From Scyliorhinus canicula (taxonomy: Eukaryota): DNA of 64,000 nt. Position numbers and translations under genes: made by a program. This document shows positions 24,301 through 35,200 of this stretch, piece after piece. The stretch lies in NCBI RefSeq assembly GCF_902713615.1, contig NC_052149.1, forward strand, positions 152,869,383 through 152,933,382, given 5' to 3'. A model generated the notes under the pieces. The model ran no database searches and had not been told where the DNA came from. It worked only from the letters and a program-made list of their open reading frames with translations. Each line of letters starts with the position of its first letter. Positions within the stretch are counted from its first letter, which is position 1.

Positions 24301-27300
24301 GATAGTAAATGGGCAGTGTGCTGCACAGGCGCATTGAGGAGCATTATCTCTGCATGTGTTATGTCTGAGGTTGATATAAATTCATGTTGTGGTTACGGAA
24401 CAAAAGAGTGAAGAACACGAAAGTGATGGTTTAGACTGGTGGTGAAGGAACCTACCCTTGGCCCAGGCATGCCAATGGAGCAAATGGCCCTGGAGGTTGC
24501 TGGAGTGCGGAAGCTGCTGGCTGTTATTGATGGTAAATCTCCAGTAGTTGGTGGTAAAGGTGGTGTTGAGATCGCCTTAGACTGGTGGTAATGGTAGAGG
24601 TCATGCTGAGCACGCTTGGACACTGGCATTAGGAAGAGTGGAAGCATGGGGTTGAGTCATGAAGGCAATGCAAGCATGGTCAAGGCAATGGGGTGAATCA
24701 GAGCTTGACTTCGTTGTGAGAAGAGCTATACCTAAGTATCTCATTTTGTGTCTCACACAGGCCCATGCTCTGCTCACCCTCCCTCTGGGTCCACATCATC
24801 CCTGGGGGTTCAAAAAGGAGGAAGAGATGGTGCATCATCGTGTCATTCCAGCCCACACTTTGCCAAAACAGATATGAGCACATTGGATCTGAGTAGTAGC
24901 TTGCAGTCGATGACACTCGGTGAAAGACACCACACCAGAGTGCAGGGCAAGGTGTAGAGTTAGAGACATCTGTGCACAGTCTCCCTTGGAGGAGAGAGGA
25001 AAGTCATGATGATGCTTCAGTGGGCAAGAACGTGGAGCCTCAGGGGTCAGCTTTAGGGTACAGTATTTGTCCACTTGGGAGCAGATGTGTCCCTAAGGCA
25101 GTGGGAGCTCTTGGACCATGAATGGGCGAATCCATTGCCGTCATGAGCTCTACATTGTCCCCAGAGACTTCACCGCATGAGTTTTGATAATGAGAAATAC
25201 GCCAATCCTGGAGAGCAGTAACATTCAGAGTGAATGCAAGAGTAGTGTCATGGCCAGGATAGGGTGCAAACCTCCCTCAGTAGCCTGGATCAGTCCACTC
25301 AGAGTATGAGTCCGGACATCCATAAAATACATGAGGAGTTGCATACCCTCAACAGCACTGTTACTCTGTTTCCACATCACTTGTTGGATTTTCCCCTTTA
25401 CCTCTTCCATGTTTAACTTCCCAGGCCCAAAACACTCATTCCAGGTTAAGCAGCATTTCACTTGCACCTCTTCCAATCTGGTCTATTGCATTCACTGCTC
25501 CCAATGTGGTCTCCTCTATATCAGAGAGACCAAACGCAGACTGGGTGATCGCTTTGCTGAGCACCTTCGGTCTGTGCGCATTCAGGACCCTGACCTTCCC
25601 ATTGCTTGCCATTTTAACACAAGACCCTGCTCCTGTGCCCACATGTCTGTCCTTGGCCTGCTGCAATGTTCCAGTGAAGCTCAACGCAAACTGGTGGAAC
25701 ATCTCATCTTCCGGTTAGGCACGCTTCCGGTCTCAACGTCGAATTCAACAGCTGCAAATGATTAGCTCTACCCCATTTGTTTTCATCCCATTTCATTTTA
25801 ACCGTCTTTTACCATTTCTTTCTCTCTTGTCTTTCTTTATATATATATATATATATATATTCACCCCCCCCCTCATCTTATCCACCTTTCGTTACCCTTT
25901 CTCCCTTTTATTTCCCCATCCCCTCCCCCACATCTCCATCTGTCACAGTTTACCCTCTGATGTTAGTTTCTCTGCTGTTTGGCCTTTCACATTTTTTGTT
26001 CTCTCTGGGACTGCCATTAGCAATCTTTCCCCTTGGTATCTGTGGCTATGCCTCATCTTTCATTCGCACTCCACAGTATAAATATTTCCCACTTTCTCTG
26101 TCTTTAGCTTTGACAAAGGGTCATCTGGACTCGAAACTTTAGCTCTTTTCTCTCCCTACAGACGCTGCCAGACCTGTTGAGATTTTCCCGCCCGTCCACC
26201 AACCGAAGGCTAACCGAAAGCTGTGGCAGTAACCGAGCAGAGCGAAGGTGCCGAGAGCTCCTCCGCGTCCTCATCTTCCTTCACTCCACCAGAGCCCATA
26301 GCTGCTGCATATGTGCCAGTGACCACAGCTACCCATGCAGAGGCCGCAGTCTTCGGAGGTATCACATAGATTCTTGCACGATGAGGCCCTTTTGGCAAAT
26401 AAGTGTGCAACCTTTCTCTATCTCTTCCAAGACAACATGCAAGGGCACATCGTAGGACAGGGCACTATCTCACCTGGAGCACTAGTGGATCATACGAACA
26501 TTCCAATTAGGAACAGGAGTAGGTTATTCAGCCCCTTGAGCCTGCCCTGTCATTCAATAAGATCATGGCTGATCTGATTGCAACCTCAGCTCCACATTCC
26601 TACCTACACATGATATTCTTTCACCCCTTTGTTAATCAAGAATCTATCTGGCTCTGCCTTAAAAATATTCAAAGACTCTGCTTCCACTGCGTTTTGAGGA
26701 AGAGAGTTCTAGAAACTCCCAACCCTCCGAGAAAAAAAAAATTCTCCTCATCTCGGTCATAAATAAGTGACCCCTTATTTTTAATCAGTGACCCCTAGCT
26801 CTAGATTCTCTGACAAGAGGAAACATCCTCTCCACATCCACCCTGCCAGTACACCTCAGGATCTTAAAGGTTTTAATCAAGTCTCCTCTTTCTCTTCGGA
26901 ACTCTAGTGGATACAAACCTAACCTTTCTGATCTTTCCTCATAAAGCAACACGCACATTCCTGACATTAGTCTAGTCATTCTACTGCTTCGAATGTATTT
27001 AAATTTTTCCTTGAATAAGGAGACCAATACTCTACACAATACTCTTGATGTGGCCTCACAACTGAAGCACAACCTCCCCACTTTTGTAATCTATTCCCCT
27101 CACAATAAACAATAATGTACTATTTGCTTTCCAAATTACTTGCTGTATCTGTATACTAGCCTTTTTGTGACTCACACACTAGGACACCCAGATCCCTCTG
27201 CATCTCAGAGTTCTGCAATCTCTTGCCATTTAAATAAGCTTCCGTTTATTCTTCCTGCCAAGGTGGGCAATTTCACATTTGCTCACATTATACTCCATTT

Positions 27301-30300
27301 GCCAGAGTTTTGCCCACTCACTTAACCTATCCAAACAGGTGGATGAGGGTAAAGCGGTTGATGTGGTGTATATGGATTTCAGTAAGGCGTTTGATAAGGT
27401 TCCCCACGGTAGGCTATTGCAGAAAATAAGGAAGTATGGAATTGAAGGTGATTTAGCGGTTTGGAACAGTAATTGGCTAGCTGAAAGAAGACAGAGGGTG
27501 GTGGTTGATGGCAAATGTTCATCCTGGAGTTCAGTTACTAGTGGTGTACTGCAAGGATCTGTTTTGGGGCCACTGCTGTTTGTCATTTTTATAAATGACC
27601 TGGAAGAGGGTGTAGAAGGATGGGTTAGTAAATTTGCAGATGACACGAAGGTCGGTGGAGTTGTGGATAATGCTGAAGGATGTTATAGGATACAGAGGGA
27701 CATAGATAAGCTGCAGAGCTGGGCTGAGAGGTGGCAGATGGAGTTTAATGCGGAAAAGTGTGAGGTGGTTCACTTTGGAAGGAGTAACAGGAATGCAGAG
27801 TACTGGGCTAATGGCAAGATTCTTGGTAGTGTAGATGAACAGAGAGATCTCGGCATCCAGGTACATAAATCCCTGAAAGTTGCCACCCAGGTTAATAGGG
27901 CTGTTAAGAAGGCATATGGTGTGCTAGCCTTTATCAGTAGGGGGATTGAGTTTCGGAGCCACAAGGTCATGCTGCAGCTGTACATAACTCTGGTGCGGCC
28001 GCTCCTGGAGTACTGCGTGCAGTTCTGGTCACCACATTATAGGAAGGATGTGGAAGCTTTGGAAAGGGTTCAGAGGAGATTTACTAGGATGTTGCCTGGT
28101 ATGGAGGGAAGGGCTTACGAGGAAAGGCTCAGGGACTTGAGGTTGTTTTCGTTAGAGAGGAGAAGGCTGAGAGGTGACTTAATAGAGACATATAAGATAG
28201 TCAGAGGGTTAGATAGGGTGGACAGTGAGAGTCTTTTTCCTCGGATGGTGATGACCAACACGAGGGGACATAGCTTTAAATTGAGGGGTGGTAGATATAG
28301 GACAGATGTCAGAGGCAGTTTCTTTACTCAGAGAGTAGTAGGGGTGTGGAACGCCCTGCCTGCAACAGTAGTAGACTCGCCAACTTTAAGGGCATTTAAG
28401 TGGTCGCTGGATAGACATATGGATGAAAATGGAATAGTGTAGGTCAGATCGGCTTCAGATGGTTTCACAGGTTGGCGCAACATCGAGGGCTGAAGGGCCC
28501 GTACTGCGCTGTAATGTTCTATGTCCCTTTGTAGCCTCTTTCTATGCTCTTCACAATTTACTTTCACTGTGGTTACCATAATTATATTAGGCACTTGCGG
28601 ACTATATTTATTCCACTTCTTTATGACTCAGTGTCTGTGTGTACATTAGCGAGTTCAAAAGGAATGATACAAATGTGAGGTTGCTTCTTACCAGTAACAT
28701 TGAGGGTAACATGCGGAATCGCACCTCAATGTGGCTTCACCAGAAGCAATGTTGTGACTTAATTGGTGAGGCATCCGAGAGCTTTTTCTGTCTCTGTTGT
28801 ATCACATCATACTCCAGAGATCAAAAGGTCAAGCATTAAGATGCTCCTTGTATTTTTTAGTTTCCACCTAAGCATGCCTCAAAGGGAAGCTTAGTGATCT
28901 GATTCCATGATTAGATGTTGGTCAGCAATTGCATCTCAATCATGAGTGCTGGGTGCAAGACAGTCATCTGCACGGCAGTGTTGCACTTTAGCCTTGGTGT
29001 GGGCATGTGTTGTCCGGTTAATATAGCTAATTTGCTCTCACCTCTACAGTTAATGCATTGGGCGGAATTCTCTGTAGCCTGACGCTGAGATCGAGATCGG
29101 CAATCAGGCGGAGAATGGATTCCGATGCCAGAATCGGGGCAGGTGCTGGTATGACGCTGGTTCGCGATGCTCCACTCCCTACAAATCAGCATCATCGGGA
29201 TGTGCACCGCGCGCTGCCGCAAGGCCATTGGCGTGTCATCAGCCGGCCCACCCGCGATGCTCTACCCCCGTTGGGCTGAGTTCCCGACGCCATGGGCCAC
29301 GTGTGGTCCCAGCAGTCAGGAACCTTCTGTGCCGGCTGCGGACAGTGTCCAGCGCCACCATACTCAGCCGTGATCCGTGCCGCTGGCCAGGGGGCTTCTG
29401 CTAGGTTTGGGGGCTAGCTAGAAGGTGGGCTGTGGGGTCAGAGTGGGCGGGTATGCGGTCCAGTAGGGTCGGAGCCATGTTTTCCGGCGCAACAGGTGCA
29501 GCGCATGCGCATGCGCGGCCTAGGACCCAGCGATTCTCTGGACGTTTTTCGCACAATTTGCAGTTTTCCACATGGCGCCGATGCTAGCCCCTCACCAGTA
29601 ACGGAGTCAGTGAGTGGTTTGTGCCGATTTACCCGTCATGAACCACCTGCAGATTCTCCGTTGACACCGGCACTTAACCTCAGGAACTGGGAATCCAGCC
29701 CAATGTCTTTTCTGGTGTCACAGAATGTGCTTTGCGCAATTTGCAGAGGTACATTTAAGACAGGACTGATGGATATGGCATCCAGGTCGTATCCAGGACC
29801 ATGGACTAGAATGGATGTAGTAAAAGCTATTTCAATGAGTGTTACAGCACACTTATTTAATTGTGTGTGAGATGCTATATCTGCAGGGATATAGGGTTTG
29901 ACCTCTTCATTCGTGTCATTATCTGGATTGTGGGCATGAGTAGGATTCCCCTTATCTCTCGCCCATAAATAAGGTCTCAGTCCGGTTCAATGTGTATAAA
30001 GGAATGTTTATTTCTTTAAGAACTCATTTTGGTACATTCACACAAAATTAAATCAAAAGACTTTTTCTGCGTGCCTTGAAATGTCCTTTTTTTAAAAATT
30101 ATTTTTTTATTCTCCTCCTTTTTCACATTTTCTCCCAGATTTACACCCAACAATAAACAATAATCAGCAATGAATGTAATGTCAATCCCCATATCAATAA
30201 CAATCCCATCCTCGCACCAAACCCCCAAACATTAGCCCGCATGTTAACATAAACAAATGCCAAAGAGGAATCAGGAATCACCCATAGTCTCCATGAAATG

Positions 30301-32209
30301 TCCTTGAGACGCCAACGAGTGAAAGCAAAAACGTCAAGATAAAAGTGACTCCAGATTTACATTAAAAGACATTTCAACAAAAGGCCCCGAAAAGTAATTT
30401 TTACGAATGCTTCAAGGATTCTCCGACGGCTAAAATTCCTCCCTCTAATCAGTCAAATGGATCACATTCTGAAGGGAATCCGTATCTGGGTTTAGCCCCT
30501 TACTTAGATTCATTGGTTCTAATTCTCAGCTGAGACCCCCTTGATTCGTTCAGGAAAGCGTCAGTCACTTAACAGGCGATTGTTTTTTTTTCGGGAAATT
30601 GAGAGTACCCAATTCATTTTTCCAATTAAGGGGCAATTTAGCATAGCCAATCCTCCTACCCTGCTATTCTTTGGATTGTGGGGGCGAAACCCACGCAAAC
30701 ACGGGGAGAATGTGCAGTGATCCAGAGCCGGGATCGAACCTGGGACCTCAGTGCTAACCACTGTGCTACCGTGCTGCCCTAACAGGCGATTGGTTAATTA
30801 GACGTTAATCAATTACTCCAAATTAGTTAACTTTCCCACGACTCTTATCCCACGTTCAAACTCCCTACGTCACGTCTGGTCTCAGTTACGAGATTGTTTT
30901 AAACTCGTTGAATGTACCCTCATATCTCTTACTTTCAGTCAGAGGACTTGCAGTACATTATTCGTAACATTTGAGACAGTCATGGACGGACAGTATTCAA
31001 AAGATTAGCCAATTTTATAACTTACTCATTTTAGTGCCGTTATCTTATAGTGGTGAGTACTCTGCATTGTGGCCGCAGCAGCCTCTGTTTGAATCCGAGT
31101 CACGGCAACGTTACTGTTTATCAGGGCTGGTTTAGCTCAGTGGGTAGATAGCTGGTTTGTGATGCAGACCAAAGCCAGGTTCAATTCCCGTACCAGCTGA
31201 GAATTCTGAATTCTCCCTCTGTATCCGAACAGGAGCCGGAACGTGGCGACTAGGGGCTTTTCACAGCAACTTCATTGCAGTGTTAATGTAAGCCTACTTG
31301 TGACAATAAAGGTCAATTAGTTATTTATTTCTACAAATTCAATCATTTTCAAGAGTCATTTTATATTTCAGCTAATATTTTAAAGGACCCCCTCTATAAT
31401 TGTTGAATCCAAGATCTCTCACCTTTTTATTATTTTAAACTTAATAAAATTAATCAATTAATAAATGAACAATATAATAATATTGGAATATAGGAATATA
31501 AGCTAAGGAAAACACATTCACAAGTGTCTTTGATGGATGCTGTCCTTCAACATTGGAATCAGTTACAAGCATTTAAAAGAGTTACAAGCCTTTACATTAG
31601 TAGATTTAGTTAATAATATCAGGAATAAGGATTCAATAAAAGGAGCCTCCCATGCCCTGTAAAGGTATTGCTATTTCAGGGTTTCTTGTCATTCTCTTAC
31701 AGATACATTTGGTTGTCATTTTTGGCAAGATATACAGCAAAAATAAGTAAAGACATCCAAAAATCAAGGCGGCAAAATACATTTTTCAAGTGGTTATTCC
31801 TCGCCTCCGTTATTCCGTATCTGGTATCTTTTCCTTTGTCTTCTCCTGGCTGGCTTGCCAGGAGGATTCCCTTTATCTCTCGCTCATAGATATGGGGCTG
31901 GATTCTCCTTTTCCGGGACTATGTCCCCATAACGTCGTGAGAACTGCCGTCAAAAGGCCACATATTCACAGCCCTGCAGGGGGCTAGCAGGGAGCCATCG
32001 GGAGGAATGGGCTTCGCTCCCTTGTGAGGAATGGGCAGACCCTTGAGAGACTGTGGCATCATGGCATAAGCATCTTTTTGTGGAGGTATGTCACCAGGGA
32101 CAGTCTGATAGCAGTTGTGTTTCTGGAGACCTTGTGAAAATCTACTCCGAACAAGGACTCATCTGGCAAGCAATCCTCCTGCACAGAATCAGCCTTGGAT
32201 GCCTGTCCT

Positions 32210-32245
<36 letters not shown>

Positions 32246-35200
32246 ACTCCCACTCCCACCCCGATGCTCTACCATTGATGGCTCATCATCCTCATCTCTT
32301 TTGGGATGGCCTGAAGTGCATGATCTTTCTCCTCCTCCTGAGGTTGCAGCTTTGCCCATGGCTTCATTGTCATCTATTTGAAGGCTCCTCTGCTGCTCAA
32401 AGTTGTTCAGTGTACAGCGCATAACAACTATTCCCGAACCCTTGCTGGGGAATATTGGACAGCTCCCCCTAACCAATAGAAGCATTGGAATCTCATCTTT
32501 AAAATCCCAACGGCCTAATCATCTGGTACTCCTGTTGATGATATGGCTGCTATTGTAACTTCGCCCTGCCACTGATTGGGGATTGCTAAAGGGAATCATT
32601 TGCCCTGTTCGTAGGGGGTAGCCCTTATCCCTTCGGAGTCATCCCCAGATCTGGGTAGGTGGCTGAAATAGATTGAGGAGTTATAAATTCCTTAATGTGA
32701 AGGAGTCATGGCAGGTGCCTGGGAAATTTGCAGACACATCAGGAAAGGCCTCATTGTGGTCACAAACCACCTGCGCATTGATCAAGTGAAATGACTTGCG
32801 TTTCATGAAGGTGTGCATTTGCTGAGTGGGTCTTTATGGAAAACCTGAGTGCAGTCAATAATGCCCCACACCCGACGGAAACCTGCAATTCTGGCAGAGG
32901 CAGTGGCTCAAAATCCTGGGGGAAACTAACCTGTTTTCCCACATGAGCTTCTCCGTCCTTACTCAAATACTGTCATCTACAACAGCCACTCCTTCAAAAC
33001 AAAAGTCCAGGCTATTGTATGTTTGCCAGTTAAAGTAAGCAGGTTGTAACTGGAAGGCACCCATTCACCATGTCCTATCTCTACACTTCGGAATGTCTAA
33101 TTGATTCTGCTTTATTGCAAATTTATTGATGCTATGTGACCAGGAAATTCACTGCCCTCTTCTTTCACTTAACATGTTTTAAATGCATTTGATCTGATGC
33201 ATGTACAAAAGCTGTAAATATTTGTTTAATCTCATATCTAATGATCTGTTCCTCTGCTGTAGATGGTTACATTCAGGAGCCTGTCATCCAACTGGTCTCT
33301 CCCCCTCTTGACGCAGCCTCTGCAGGACTAACAGTTGTAATGAGTTGTTTGGTATCAGACTTTTACCCTGCTGATATTTCAGTGACTTGGAGAGATGAGA
33401 ATGGCCCAGTGGATACGGGAGTGATGCAGTTTGCAGTGGCTTTGGGCAGTAACAGCACCTACCGGACTGTGAGCCAGCTCACTGTCCCAACAGCAGAGTG
33501 GGAAAGTTACTGCACTTACTGGTGTGAGGTGAAACACGTGTCCCTGGGACAGCCGATACGGAGAGCAGTCAGTAAGGAGCTGGGTAAGGTTTATTTTGTG
33601 TGTGCATATATATATATATTTATATTTACAGGTATCTGAATGGGAGGGTGAGGTGCCTGTGTGTGAGTGGCGAGGATTGCACTGCAAGTGTCAGGACGTT
33701 CGAGTTGGTGGGGTGTAAAAGTGGGGTTGGTTTGTGTCATTGGGGCAAGGGTGGTATTGTGGGTGATGTCTGTTAAGTGATGAGAGAGTTAATCAATAAC
33801 CCTGGGCCTCATGAAAATAGCCATGGGAACAATTGTACTTTCTGCAGAAGTCTGTGGTTTGAGGAAAGGGCCTCTCAAAACTGTGGGGAGAAAGCTGCTG
33901 CTGATCAAGTGTGAATATAACTTCATACGTACATTGGTTCACACAAGGCAAAATTATTCAATTGTGGAGATTAATTTCTGAGGTTTTTCTGGTGCAGTGC
34001 TAGTGTCCCTATCTCTCAGCATGAAGCTTTGGGTTCAGGTTCCTCTTCAGGACTTGATGGCCATGAAAGGTATGTTCATAACGTGGTAAAACAGGTTGGT
34101 TAGCAGCCTGTAACCCTTCCAATACACCTGATGGCAGACAGCAAGAGCAGGAGAGTTACCTGGTCAGCCATACTGCAGAAGGCAATGGCAAACAGCTGTA
34201 TTGCTTTGCCAAACATAATCATGGACCAGTGCAATGGGAGTCAATGGTTGCCAATGCCCTCTTAGACCATGGTACTTGAAGAAGAAGATCAAATTAATGA
34301 CAGTTTGATTGACAGATATTAGTCTACCTAAAAGTCTAACCACTTAATCCTTAATCAGGAAATTATTTCATTTCAATCATAACTCTGCCCTGTCTTAAAA
34401 TCGAAATATTTCAAAATATTGTCTCCTTTATTGTATTAAAAGCAGGTGGAATCCTGAGAATCATGGCTCCGCTGTGGATTGTTGCTGTTGTGGCAGGCTT
34501 ACTTTTAATTATTGCTGCCGGTATTCTCATCCGCAAGAAAACCACTTCTTCCGCCCACAGCGAGACAGGTGAGATCGGTTTTACTGCCCTGCATGCGCAG
34601 TTGAAACATTGGCACAATTTAAAGTGTTGCACCACCGTTCCTGTAAGGATTCCATCACATTCTCCCAGTTTCCCCACATCCGTCACATCTGTTCCAATGA
34701 TGCTACCTTCCGAAATGGATGCCTCTCTTTTTCCTGAAGTGAGGGTCATCCCTACCCCTTCCCAGTGGTTGACAATGCGCTCAACCGTGCCGCACCCACC
34801 TCGGCCCTCAAGCCTTCCTTCTGGAATCATGACAGAGCTCCCCCTTTTTTTTTAAAACAGACAATTTTATTGAGGTAATTTCGGCATTGTAAACAGTAAC
34901 AATATGCATTAGTGTGCAGATACCAATTACAAAAAACATAGTGCAAATAACAGTACCACTCTCGCAGATAGACCCGCCTATTCTTCCCCCCTACTCTACA
35001 CTATTCTACCCCCCCCCCCCCCCCCCCCCTCCTTTGCTGATGATTAGTTTCCCGCGAAGAAGTCGATGAATGGTTGCCATCTCCGGGCGAACCCTGATAG
35101 TTATCCTCGTAAGGCGAACTTGATTTTTTTTCCAAGCCGAGAAAGCTTGCCATGTCCGACAGCCATACTTTGGTCTTTGGGGGCTTCGAGTCCCTCCAGG

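Noticed and set aside
26105-26140. Active hammerhead in the Penelope pLTR
   Set aside because: Core reads TTGACAA rather than CTGANGA, and the post-GAAA palindrome is altered; likely inactive.
2822-33583. Identification as shark UrIg
   Set aside because: UrIg is reported to lack a TM and to be MHC class III-linked; this gene has a clear TM exon and a matrin neighbour. A relationship remains possible but no symbol is assigned.
33584-33639. Ig-like secretory tailpiece after C1-3 (GKVYFVCAYIYIFIFTGI-stop)
   Set aside because: Derived from (ta)n/(tg)n low-complexity intron; no penultimate Cys, no N-glycan site, no poly(A) signal seen.
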